A DNA stretch of 64,000 nucleotides from Azolla caroliniana (lineage: Eukaryota > Plantae > Polypodiophyta): contig JBHGNT010000002.1 of the NCBI GenBank assembly GCA_043228905.1, positions 11,222,001 to 11,286,000 of the forward strand, given 5' to 3'. Both the position numbers and the translations under genes were made by a program. Below the pieces are notes generated by a model, which worked only from the letters and a program-made list of their open reading frames with translations, made no database searches and was not told the origin of the DNA. The number at the start of each line of letters is the position of its first letter. The stretch's first letter is position 1. Below, piece by piece: positions 50,894 to 63,200 of this stretch.

Positions 50894-53095
50894 AGGGGGA
50901 GTTTGTCAGGATTTCGGTCCCTCCGGATGGGATGTCCGGAAATGAATGACGGCAAGCCCGGTTGCGGTTACGGAACCGGAGGATGAAGAGTACCTGGCAT
51001 GAAGCCGGATGATGAAGACCCCGGCTACGGTGCCGGATGATGAAGACCCCGGCTACGGAGCCGGATGACAAAGACCCGGCTACGGAGCCGGATGATGAAT
51101 GTACCCGGAGAGAGATCCGGATGCGGGGACATATTTGTGAATATGTTTGCCAAGGGCCCTTGAGGCTATATTTGTAAATAGCCCGACAGTCATATGTGCA
51201 TAAATATGACTTAGGGCAAACAGTTTAGTGTCTGTTGCTCATTTTCTGTTTTTCACTTAGAGAGAGTGAAGAGAGCAGCCGAGACAGAGAGAGAGAAAGA
51301 CGAAGAGGTCGTTGCCTCTGTGTATTACCGCCGCCTGTGGCGAAGACAGTGAGCTCAAGGTTGTTGCCTTGTGGCCTCACCATTGTACATCTCTGTTCAT
51401 AGTGATAGTTGGAGTCTTGCACTCCCGTGGTTTTTCCCGTATAGGGTTTTCCACGTTAATCCCTGTGCTAACGTGTCTTTCTCTGTATTTCCCATTTTCT
51501 GCAACAACGATTCGTGTGTTTCCTTGGTTGTGGCCGAGAGGTGAAGGTGAATCGGAGCGTCGATTCGCAACAGTTTGTTCGTTCCGCCTGCCCATCGGTC
51601 TGGGGATGGTAGCCGGAGGAGAGGTTGCAAGAGAACTTGAGCATCTTGAAGATGTCTGTCTGGGAAGCCGTGATGCCGAAATACCTCACGCATGACGAGG
51701 GTAGTGGTTTCCTCGTTAGTGATGGCCTTAGTACATGGCACAAAATGTGCCATCTTCGTATATTGATCAACGACGGTTAAGATAGCATCGAACCCCTTCG
51801 AGACCGGCAGATCGGTGATAAAATCAAGACAAATAGATTGTCACGGCTTACTTGGAATCGGTAAGGGTTCCAACAAGCCATATGGATGGTGTCGTGGCAT
51901 CTTTGCTTGACAACAAGCATCACAGGTCTGAATGTAGTCGTTGACAAAACGGCGCATGTGGGGCCACCAAAAAGATCGCTGCACTAGATCCAACGTCTTA
52001 GTACTATCGAAATGTCCTGTCGTATGGGTGTTGTGACAATTCTAGACGATTTGAAAGCGACAGGAGCAATCGGGGACATATACGCGCTTTTTAAAGAATA
52101 ACAAACCATCATGATATTCGAATTGTCAGTAGTCAATACCTGGTTGTTGAGACTAAGAACAGGATGCCCGAGAAGTATCAATGTGCGCCAGGATGTCTTG
52201 AGCAAAACTATCCGTCTTCAAGTTTGCATGTATGTCATCGGTAATCTGTAAAGCCATCGGGGTGTGAAAAATCCAGGTTGGGTGCAATCGTGTTGGTCCC
52301 AAGATTAGTTGCTTTTGATTATCAAATGCTGGATCACCAGGACGAGGTGCAAGATATGAATGCCGTGATAGTGCATCTGCTTTTCCTTGCTGCTTCCCTG
52401 GTCGATATGTGATTTTGAAGTCGAAACGCGTGAGGAATTGAGCCCACTGAGCTTGCCATCGATTTAGTACACCAACGTTCTAGAAATAAGCAAGATTTTT
52501 ATGATCACTAAAGACAATGACCTGATGTGGAGAGCCCTCTAAGAAATGCCACCATTGCACAAATGAATCCACGATGGCTAATAACTCTTTGTCATGTATT
52601 TCGTAGTTGATTTCCGCGAAATCGAATTTGCGCGAATGGAAAGCCACAGGATGTAACTCTTCTTTATCTCCTTGTTGAGAAAGGATGCTACCGAGAGCGA
52701 AATCTGATGCATCGGCCTCCATGATGAATGGTTTGCTTGTAGGGTGAAAGCATGCGAGTGGAAACAATTAGCTATGTCCTTGACATAGCTAATTAGCTAT
52801 GCAAAAAGCTACCATTGATAAATAGTCATTTTAGTAAAAAGCCATCATTAATAAATTAAGTATGCAAAAAACTACCATTGAAAATACTAGAGTGTTTTAA
52901 TTACATATGTAAATGAGTGCCATAAATGTGCAACATAAATTGATGTGTGCACCATAAATGTGTACCATAAATTATATATTGAATTCCTAGGTCCATTATG
53001 GATGATCCTTTGCCACATCACGTAGGCCATCTCTAGTTGAGTATTATGGGTTAGTTGCTACCATTGTTGCTAAACCCTATCGAGTCCACCTGCCA

Positions 53096-53960
53096 CCACT
53101 CTACACTGAGGGGCCGCTACTGTGCGTTCCAAGCATCATCAAAGAGCTGTTCAATCTGACGGGGTTCTCTTCTCTGTGCCACTCTACACTCAGGGGCCAC
53201 TACTGTGCATTCCAAGCATCATCAAAGAGGTGTTCAATCTGACGGGGTTCTCTTCTCTGTGCCACTCTACACTCAGGGGCCGTTATTGTGCGTTCCAAGC
53301 ATCATCAAAGAGCTGTTCAATCTGACAGGGTTCTCTTCTCTGTGCCACTCTACACTCAGGGGCCGCTACTGTGCGTTCCAAGCATCATCAAAGAGCTGCT
53401 CAATCTGACGAGGTTCTCTTCTCTGTGACACTCTACACTGAGGGGCCGCTACTGTGCGTTCCAAGCATCATCAAAGAGCTGTTCAATCTGACGGGGTTCT
53501 CTTCTCTGTGCCACTCTACACTGAGGGGCCACTACTGTGCATTCCAAGCATCATCAAAGAGGTGTTCAATCTGACGGGGTTCTCTTCTCTGTGCCACTCT
53601 ACACTCAGGGGCCGTTATTGTGCGTTCCAAGCATCATCAAAATCAAAGAGCTGTTCAATCTGACGGGGTTCTCCTCTCTTTGCCACTCTACACTTAGGGG
53701 CCGCTACTGTGCGTTCTAAGCATCATCAAAGAGCTGTTCAATCTGACAAGGTTCTCTTCTCTGTGCCACTCTACACTTAGGGGCCGCTACTGTGCATTCC
53801 AAGCATCATTGGTAACTGTTCAATCTGACGAGGTTCTCTTCTTTGTGCCAGTCTACTCTCAGGTGCCTTCTATGTGCGTTCCAAGCATCATCGGTAACTG
53901 TTCAATCTGACGGGGTTCTCTCCTCCATTGCCATCATTCTATACTCAGTTGCCGCTACTG
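53096..53960. repeat. 83-bp tandem minisatellite (~10 copies), subterminal
   Basis: Unit CCACTCTACACTGAGGGGCCGCTACTGTGCGTTCCAAGCATCATCAAAGAGCTGTTCAATCTGACGGGGTTCTCTTCTCTGTG. Spurious ORF starts are spaced in multiples of 83 bp. Confidence 0.95.
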
Positions 53961-55064
53961 TCTAGTCCCGGATTGCTTCCACATTTCGATTTGACGGAGC
54001 TCACTCATCCAACGGCAACATTCTACACTCAGTTGTCGCCATTGGTCGGTCTTGGATCGCCTCCTCAACTGTTCAATCCAACGGAGTGAACTCCTCTACT
54101 GTTCGGTCTTGGATTGCAATAACTTTTCTGTCTATTGATTATTTTTTGTATTGTTGTGTCTAATCTTGTGTATTGTGGAATATTTTTGTGTATTGTTGTT
54201 GCCCATAACCATCTTAAATACTTGTTTTTTTTCTGGAAATTTAGGGTTTTAACATGTCCAGCCAAATGGAAGGGGAAGAAGGGTGTTTAGAATTACCCCT
54301 CAATGATCATAAGGATAGGGATGATGCTATCAGGACATAACAAGCCATACGAAACTATTGGGTAGAACAAAAAAGGAAATATCGTCAATTGTTGAAAGAT
54401 ACGAAAGCCACACAAGCCACACTCAGTAAAGGTATGGATAGTTTAGCTGAGAATGTAAGTAATGCGACTACCATCATAGAGAGAAAGGTTGTAGACTATT
54501 TCAATGTTCAAATCAAGCACATCAGCAATGAAGAAAAGAGGGTAGTACTTTATGGAATATGTAATGATCCATCGATAAAGGACTTAGTTGATTGTGATGG
54601 TCTTAATGCAAACATATCATCTATTTTAGTAAATAATCTTCGTAATAGTTTCGTATCCATGAGCAGGTCAGAAGATGATCTTGTCTTAAAAAGGTCTAGT
54701 CTAATGATGTTACTTAATAGTGATGTTGACGATATAAACATCAGTTAGCTATCTAAGGTAATTGGTGTTAGTAGAAAAATAGTGTACAATACAATGAACC
54801 GTATAATTTCCTCGGGTGAAGGAACTAGTCTACTAAAGCTAACTACAAGATGTAAGCCAATGACACCCATAACATTTGAAATCAAGGATGTAATCACAAT
54901 GTTTTGGACTAATGAGAGTAGGGTTTCACCCAATAAAAAGGATTTATGCAAGAAACGTGTTAGAAGAAATCAATACGAGGAGCATCCCATTCATCTTCTT
55001 GATGTACCTCAGGTATTTACATTTATCTCAACATTTGTTTTGACTCTACACGGAAAGTTAATTA

Positions 55065-56098
55065 GCTCAGTTAGCAGAAAAGCTAATTAGCTTATCAGTT
55101 ACATTTACCTCAGTTAGCTACTAGGATAGCTACTACATAGGTAACTGGCTACTCTCAATAGCTACTACCATGATAGCTAATTAGCTATTCTCAATAGCTA
55201 ATTTAGGTACTACCAGATAATTAGCTGTACTGGTAGCTAGTTAGCTATCATGATAGCTAGTTAGTTATTTCGTTATTACTAGCTAATTAGCTACTAGGAA
55301 AGCTAATTAGCTACCATGATAGCTAATTAGCTACTAGGATAGCTACTACGTAGGTAATTGGTTACTCTCAATAGCTACTACCATGATAGCTAATTAGCTA
55401 TTCTCAATAGCTAATTTAGGTACTACCAAATAATTAGCTGTACTGGTAGCTAGTTAGCTATTTCGTTATTACCAGCTAATTAGCTACTAGGAAAGCTAAT
55501 TAGCTACCATGACAGCTAATTAGCTTACTAGGATAGCTAATTAGCCACCGTGATAGCTAATTAGCTACTAGACCAGCTAATTTGCTACCATGATAGCTAA
55601 TTAGTTAGGACAGCTAATTAGCCACCATTATAGCTAATTAGCTACTAGACCAACTAATTAGCTACCATGATAGCTAATCAGCTACTAGAATAGCTAATTA
55701 GCTACTAGACCAGCTAATTAGCTAGCATGATAGCTAATTAGTTACTAGGACAGCTAATTAGCCACCATGATAGCTAATTAGCTACTAGACCCGCTAATTA
55801 GCTACCATGATAGCTAATTAGCTACTAGACCAGCTAATTAGCTACCAGACCAGCTAATTAGCTACCATGATAGCTAATTAGCTACCATGATAACTAATTA
55901 GCTACTAGAATAGCTAATTAGTTACCATGATAGCTAATTAGCTACTAGGACAACTAATTAGCTACCATGACAGCTAATTAGCTACTAGAATAGCTAATTA
56001 GCTACTAGAATAGCTAATTAGCTACTAGAATAGCTAATTAGCTACTAGAATAGCTAATTAGCTACTAGGATAGTTAGCTAGTTATGAGAATAACTAAT
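55065..56098. repeat. TAGCTAATTAGCTA palindrome satellite (mostly 20-bp period) filling the transposase intron
   Basis: Repeated TAGCTAATTAGCTA + ~6-bp spacer (CCATGA, CTAGAA, CTAGGA). Confidence 0.95.
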
Positions 56099-56440
56099 TC
56101 CCCTTTATTACGCAGGTCGATTTATTTATTAGGTTCAAACGAATGCATCCAACTATCAAAGTTCAACTACGAACATTCGAGTCTCTTAAGCCACACTTTG
56201 TGAGATGCTTAAAGGATCGATACACATGTTGTTGCATTTACCATGTACAGATGGGTTTTCTGAAGGACTCTGTTAATCTACTACGTCACCATAGCGCATC
56301 CCTAACTAATACAGTTTGCACATGTGGGTGCCCAATTTGTCGATCAAGCCCGCAAGAGGAGTGTAAATCATCTGAGCATGTTATCTCTTCCATGAGTTAT
56401 TTATTAGATTCAATATTGTGTCCGAGAGAAACTGACGCTA

Positions 56441-57529
56441 TCTTCCATATTCATAAATGTGTCATGGGTTTATGTCAAGATTGTGGCCCTACTAGATTTA
56501 GGTGGTGTCCAAATGAATTGAGTAGTGAAATATTGATCTCTGTGAAGTTCTTTGAGTCAGTGAACACCAATTTCGAAGGAAAGGTGTGTAAAAGAAAGGA
56601 TCTAGTTTAGAAGATGCTTAAACCAAGGGATTTGGTGTCTCTGTTTGTAGTATCTCTAGGAAAGTTCATTAAACACAACTTCATTTATTCATGGCAGGCC
56701 CATCAGTTTAAGACTTGCATATCTGATTTCCCAAATGATGTAGTAGTCTCAGTAGTAGATTTCGCAGAAAATTATACTTTCAAGCAGCAGAATGAAATTC
56801 AATTCTTCCATATTCATAAATGTGTCATGGGTTTATGTCAAGATTGTGGCCCTACTAGATTTAGGTGGTGTCCAAATGAATTGAGTAGTGAAATATTGAT
56901 CTCTGTGAAGTTCTTTGAGTCAGTGAACACCAATTTCGAAGGAAAGGTGTGTAAAAGAAAGGATCTAGTTTAGAAGATGCTTAAACCAAGGGATTTGGTG
57001 TCTCTGTTTGTAGTATCTCTAGGAAAGTTCATTAAACACAACTTCATTTATTCATGGCTGGCCCATCAGTTTAAGACTTGCATATCTGATTTCCCAAATG
57101 ATGTAGTAGTCTCAGTAGTAGATTTCGCAGAAAATTATACTTTCAAGCAGCAGAATGAAATTCAATTCTTCCATATTCATAAATGTGTCATGGGTTTATG
57201 TCAAGATTGTGGCCCTACTAGATTTAGGTGGTGTCCAAATGAATTGAGTAGTGAAATATTGATCTCTGTGAAGTTCTTTGAGTCAGTGAACACCAATTTC
57301 GAAGGAAAGGTGTGTAAAAGAAAGGATCTAGTTTAGAAGATGCTTAAACCAAGGGATTTGGTGTCTCTGTTTGTAGTATCTCTAGGAAAGTTTATTAAAC
57401 ACAACTTCATTTATTCATGGCAGGCCCATCAGTTTAAGACTTGCATATCTGATTTCCCAAATGATGTAGTAGTCTCAGTAGTAGATTTCGCAGAAAATTA
57501 TACTTTCAAGCAGCAGAATGAAATTCAAT
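56441..57529 (+). repeat. 3 x 363-bp in-frame tandem triplication within transposase
   Basis: Units start at 56441, 56804 and 57167. Each has the same TAG. One substitution is seen in copy 2 (CTG) and one in copy 3 (TTT). Confidence 0.95.
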
Positions 57530-59031
57530 CTATGCATTGGTGTTTAGTTCAGGTAACCATTTTTGTGCACATAACATATTTTCGAGTTTCAGGTGATGTT
57601 AAAAAAGTAATTCATTTCTTTATTTCCGATGATAAGAAGCATGATACCTTGTTCGTCCAACACTGTTTTAAGTTACATTGGCAGTGGTTATTAGCTCAAC
57701 GTTTGGAGCTTACTCAACATTGGGTCTGGTCTGACGGAGCTACGTCACAATTCAAGGCTCGACATCCATTTTATTTTGTGGGGAGGTATCCTGCCATAAC
57801 AGGTTTGGAGATGAGATGGAATTTTTATGGGTCTGGCCATGGTAAAGGTGAACATGATGGTGCAGGGGCTGTTATAAAGCGGGCACTTACCCATGAACAA
57901 CTAAAGACAGATGGTGTGCACGTGAATTGTGCATCACATGTAGTTGAATTTTTAAGAACAAATATGTCAACGAGGGCCACAGGTGTTTATTCCTCGCAAG
58001 TCCGAGATATCAAACGTGAATTTTGGGAAGTGAAGATAGATGAAGTAAATAGGAAGAAGACCTGGGAGTGCCAAGGAATTCCCGAATTGCGATCTCTGCA
58101 TGCTGTTCGCGGTTATTCCACGTTGGATGGTCATTGTATTGCGGTTAGAGAATTGACTTGTTTTTGCTTCCATTGTGTGCAGGGAAATTGGAGATATTGT
58201 CTAAACAAAGCATACATTCAGAATTGGGAGTATCACACTCTGAATGATAAGGAAGCAGTTGATGGAGAAACAGGGCAGAATGCTGACTTCACATATGAGG
58301 GACTTGGAGATACTTTGAGTGATGTCCTGAACGTTGGGGATAACTTCGCTGTAAATGCTGAAGAAGGCAATTCAGAGGGTGCTGATTTCTATATATTAAA
58401 GTGCACGGTTAGTAAACAGTGTGCAAGGCAGAATATTGTAGATGCATGGGGAAATTTTGTATCTGCCGGGACATTCTACATCGAAGGCATTTTTTATTCA
58501 AAACTAGATGACTATGAATATGTGTACAGGCTGTTAGAAGACACACCAACGGCGTACATGTACTCTCATTTGGTCAGGTGCATCAACGTCCCATTGTTAG
58601 AATACAATAGCTGCTCAAGTTTATACACTGTTGGTGCTAATGTGTATGAATGTATTTACAATAGTATGCCATGGAATTTGTAGTTACAAGTAGCACTTAC
58701 CATGTTCTCTTGTAAAACAAACATGTATTTCGCGAAAACAGTTAAATAAATTCGTTTGAGAATCAATTTCTTGTATACAGTCTGCTTTCTGTGCTTCTTT
58801 CTCAATAAAATCATGTCTTTTTTGTTAAGTTTTAAGTTATAAGTTATAGCGAAATAGTCATCAGTAGCTAATTAGCTGTACAAATGCAGTTAATTAGCTG
58901 TCAATAGCTAAATAGTCATCAATAGCATGAAATCAACAATCTGCAACATATTCCTCAAATTACACAGTAGATAAGTACAGTGGGAACACGTAATTAAATT
59001 CTTCATTGAATAATGTCATCTCTTTACATAT

Positions 59032-60084
59032 TTATAAATTACCATTGGAAATGTCTACAAATCTCCTATAAACAGCTAAGCTCTTGCTAGTCAGTGGAAC
59101 GAGTCTACATATATTATCCGCATATCGAGCTCGGTATGGAGTCCACAACCATGCACCTAGTTGGCAACTCACTGTTTGCACCAGGTACTGTTCAGGCATT
59201 TCCTCAGGTAGAATGAGACAGCATCTCCGAATATTGTAGTGCCGGAAATGTTCTGTATCCAAAATCAATGTATTGTCAGCATTATATTCAGGCCAAGTAG
59301 CCCAAAAATCAGAAAGTCTCTTGAATCTTGCAGCTTCCATTTGCTCACAATTTTCTCGTGCCCATTGACCTTTAAAACGACTTCGCCATTTTGGGAAGAA
59401 TCTTGCCAAACACTTCCACACATCTGATTTTGGTTTTTCACTCCAAATAAACAAATCAAAGTATTGCATAGCCCACTCTAGAAACTGATTTGCGTCCCTC
59501 CTTGGCTGCATATATCTCACACTCATCAAGACTTTATCAAGCTCCAAGATCAAGGCTCTTCTTTCGACTTCTAGTGGTTTAGGTTTCCATTCCTGAAACT
59601 GAGCCGCTGTTACACCATTTTCTGGTAGGATACGATCAATCTCAATCAGCTCAGGTTCGGCCGACACAACTGGCGTCCTTTTCCTCTTCAAACCCCTAGT
59701 CGATTGTGTTGGGCCTGGCTTCACATTCTGGTGCTCTTGTTTTGTCGACTTAGTTATCAATCCTTGGATTACCTCGGTGCATGTAGCTACTGATCTGCTC
59801 GATATTAGTCCACTGGTATCACATGCTGCATCTACCTGCAACACCAAGTCATCCGTGCAACATGCTTGATCAACTTGTGTGACCAGATCACTTGTGTCAG
59901 TTGCTACATCTACTTTCAAGATGGGGCCCTTTAAACATGCCACAACATCAACAGTATCCACACTGCCATTGGCCTTACGAGCAATAGAATCAAACCCTTT
60001 AGACTCTGCAACATTAGAAAACACCAACATATTCACACTCACAAAGTAACTAACAGTCTCACAAAACAACATCCTGAACATCAA
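59032..60084 (-). CDS. FCP1/NIF (HAD-fold CTD phosphatase)-like domain protein with degenerate catalytic motif; probably a terminal exon
   Basis: RALILELDKVL (cf. LVLDLDxTL), PRRDANQFLEW..YFDLFIWS, FKRLSDFW..YNADNTLILD. Basic KRKR motif upstream. Candidate acceptor TTGCAG near 60005. Confidence 0.6.
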   Translation of the reverse strand: MMFRMLFCETVSYFVSVNMLVFSNVAESKGFDSIARKANGSVDTVDVVACLKGPILKVDVATDTSDLVTQVDQACCTDDLVLQVDAACDTSGLISSRSVATCTEVIQGLITKSTKQEHQNVKPGPTQSTRGLKRKRTPVVSAEPELIEIDRILPENGVTAAQFQEWKPKPLEVERRALILELDKVLMSVRYMQPRRDANQFLEWAMQYFDLFIWSEKPKSDVWKCLARFFPKWRSRFKGQWARENCEQMEAARFKRLSDFWATWPEYNADNTLILDTEHFRHYNIRRCCLILPEEMPEQYLVQTVSCQLGAWLWTPYRARYADNICRLVPLTSKSLAVYRRFVDISNGNL

Positions 60085-60254
60085 AGAGTTTCAGTCATAG
60101 AACAACACTCTTCAAATTATCTTGGAAAAACATCATAGAGTTCCATTACATAATGTGGATCAAGCAACAACCAATCTGAGGTTTTACTTGTCCAACAGGA
60201 TAGTAAAACTTCATAAAACCCTAGCAAAATCCCTAAGCTAACAATCATATCCAA

Positions 60255-63200
60255 CTAAACAGTATTTCGCTCCACTACGTCTGGGCCCCTTGACCGAGTA
60301 ACTGGTCTTGTTCCCGATTGTGGCCCCTTCTTCAGCCTTTTTCTGGTCGGTTCCCCATTTAGCCTTGCTTCTTTCACCCAATGCGCAAGTGTGTCCTCCT
60401 CCGACAACCTTCCCATCGCCTTAGCAGCTAATTGCACATCAGTCGTTTCTTGAACTAGCTTTTCAAGTACAGAGGGATCTATTTGGACATTTTCAGTAGT
60501 TGGGCTCGGTGGGGTGGAATCAAGGTCTTGAGATTCGAAGAAATGTTGCATCAAGTGTTCATAAACACTATTGTTGTGAACCTCAGTTTTACATGTTGTT
60601 TCCACTATTTCATGGCATTTCACATCGTTGCCTAATTCAATACACTATTCCAAAAGAATAGGGTGGAGCTGATCTGAAGGAGATGTGAAAGCAGGACTCT
60701 TACTTTCAGCCACGTTGGCAGCAGTATCCTCATCTGTTGCAGCGTCATCAGCACCAGACACATCATGTGCTGTCCTTAATCCACAAGATTCTACAATAAC
60801 ATGGCAGCTATTTAGGATAGCTAATTAGCTACTTTACTAAACTATGGTAGAAGCTAGGATAGCTAATTAGCTAGTACAATAGCTAATTAGGATAGCTAAT
60901 TAGCTAGTACGATAGCTAATTAGCTACTTTACTCAACTATGGTAGTAGCTAGGATAGCTAATTAGCTACTATGCTAGCTAATTAGCTACTTTACTCAACT
61001 ATGGTAGTAGCTAGGATAGCTAATTAATTAGCTACTTTACTCAACTATGGTAGTAGCTAGGATAGCTAATTAGCTACTATGGTAGCTAATTAGCTACTTT
61101 ACTCAACTATGGTAGTAGCTAGGATAGCTAATTAGCTACTATGGTAGCTAATTAGCTACTTTACTCAACTATGGTAGTAGCTAGGATAGCTAATTAGCTA
61201 CTATGGTAGCTAATTAGCTACTTTACTCAACTATGGTAGTAGCTAGGATAGCTAATTAGCTACTATGGTAGCTAATTAGCTACTTTACTCAACTATGGTA
61301 GTAGCTAGGATAGCTAATTAGCTACTATGGTAGCTAATTAGCTACTTTACTCAACTATGGTAGTAGCTAGGATAGCTAATTAGCTACTTTACTCAACTAT
61401 GGTAGTAGCTAGGATAGCTAATTAGCTACTTTACTCAACTATGGTAGTACCTAGGATAGCTAATTAGCTACTTTACTAACTATGGTAGTAGCTAGGATAG
61501 CTAATTAGCTACTTTACTAACTATGGTAGTAGCTAGGATAGCTAATTAGCTACTTTACTCAACTATGGTAGTACCTAGGATAGCTAATTAGCTACTTTAC
61601 TAACTATGGTAGTAGCTAGGATAGCTAATTAGCTACTTTACTAACTATGGTAGTAGCTAGGATAGCTAATTAGCTACTTTACTAACTAATTAGCTACTTT
61701 CTCAACTATGTAGTAGCTAGGATAGCTTATTAGCTACTTTACACAACTATGGCAGTAGCTAATTAGCTACTATGATAGCTAATTAGCTAGTAGGATAGCT
61801 AATTAGTTGCCAGTAGCTAATTAGCTACTAGGATAGCTAATTAGCTAGTAGGATAGATAATTAGTTGCCAGTAGCTAATTAGCTAGTAGGATAGCTAATT
61901 AGCTTTTTTACACAACTATTGTACTAGCTAATTAGCTACTAGGATAGCTAATTAGCTACTAGTAGCTAATTAGCTACTAGGATAGCTTATTAGTTACTTT
62001 ACACAACTATGGCAGTAGCTAATTAGCTAGTAGCTCATTAGCTGCTAGTAGCTAATTAGCTAGTAGGATAGCTAATTAGAAAAGACTAAGCTTATTAGCT
62101 ACAGTATGGTATACCTGTTAGTTTTCTCCACTCATTTGGTAGAGCTGTACTGCAATCTCCCAAACAGAATGCAGCAATTTGACAGGCATGTTGAAAACAA
62201 AGCAGATGGTATGTGTGGTTGCATGGTTGTAAGTGAACCAACAAAGACGCAGTTTTGTCCTCCACACCTAACCCGCAAGCGATGTAACGTGCTTGAACTG
62301 TCAATAAATCATTTTCTGGTTCTGCTTCATTTGGTAAGGGAGCAAGAATGTTCAGGTCCAAATCCTGTCTGGTCCTTACCATTCCCTCCACAAAATGTAG
62401 CTGCTTCTTAAGGCAACTAACTACCTGTTCTTGATGAATGTATTGTTCCTTCAATGCAACAGAGAAATTTATCGATTAATTATTCCTGTTGTTGAAAGAT
62501 ACACCAACTTTGGTCAGGAATCGTTTACTTACTTGAAGGTTATCCAAAATGTAATCTGCAACAGTATTTACACCTAGAAGGTCCAGGTTCATTGAAAGAA
62601 CCTAGATCTCTATTTGCGGTTGTATTTTACGTTGGGGATCCAGTGGCCCCTCTAATTCAAGCTCCTGTTGCACAACCTATTCCAGATAATGCTTGATTAA
62701 CACATTTAACCTTAAAGTTATTTATAACACAATCACATACCAACAAAACAATAGTTACCTGAATCTTATTTCTAATCGTTGTAACAACGGAAGTAACTTT
62801 GCTCTCCATTGCAGAAGCCATTCTGGCTTTCTCTAAATCAGTCTTAAAAAATGCCAATGTCTCACAGGCTTCATGGACATTTTTTTGCATATAGCTAACC
62901 AATGTCTCACCTGTATCATCGACATTGGCTTTCCTTGGGTGTCGATGTGGTGTATGCCCCCGGTCTTGCTGGGAGTCGGCAGTTGCATCAACAGCTGCCA
63001 TGCTCCAAAATCTGTCTATTTTTTGTGCCAAGGTCCCCATCTTTCAGCATCTTTTTACCGATGCCTCACCATAGACTGCCCAAGCTACCCTATACATTTC
63101 AGGGTCTCTGGATTCCTTCGCTGTTTTGCAGTACTCATATGCAAATGCTCTAGCAAATGAAACTGACAACTCATTGTTGACTGGGATCTCCTGATGAACT

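Larger units (their letters stand above)
44567..51572 (+). mobile_element. Ty1/copia element 3, young, TSD GTTTG
   Basis: LTRs 44567-45249 (683 bp) and 50904-51572 (669 bp) are nearly identical apart from indels in the 27-bp repeat region. GTTTG at 44562-44566 and 51573-51577. PBS TGGTATCAGAGC at 45253-45264. PPT AAGTGAAGGGGGAGTT. Confidence 0.97.
43239..52741 (-). mobile_element. Degenerate second chromovirus copy (3' LTR 43239-43660, IN-chromo, RNase H), interrupted by copia 3 and by the Sola element
   Basis: Collinear with 11262-13697 of the intact copy. ~110-bp tandem duplication at 44294-44513. Ends at ...GGTTTGCTTGTA 52741. Confidence 0.92.
54254..58683 (+). pseudogene. Sola2-like transposase (exon 54254-55012, intron 55013-56115, exon 56116-58683), with premature stops and an internal triplication
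   Basis: HTH-like LSKVIGVSRKIVYN; F..MHPTIKV..TFESLKP; TCCCIYH; DFAENY..QNEIQSMHW..QVT; WSDGATSQFK; GHGKGEHDGAGAVIKR; CFCFHC. GT-AG intron removal restores the frame (..DVPQ|VDLFIRF..). Confidence 0.82.

Noticed and set aside
53096-53960. CRISPR-like array
   Set aside because: Units are head-to-tail 83-mers with no unique spacers, no cas genes are present, and the context is eukaryotic.
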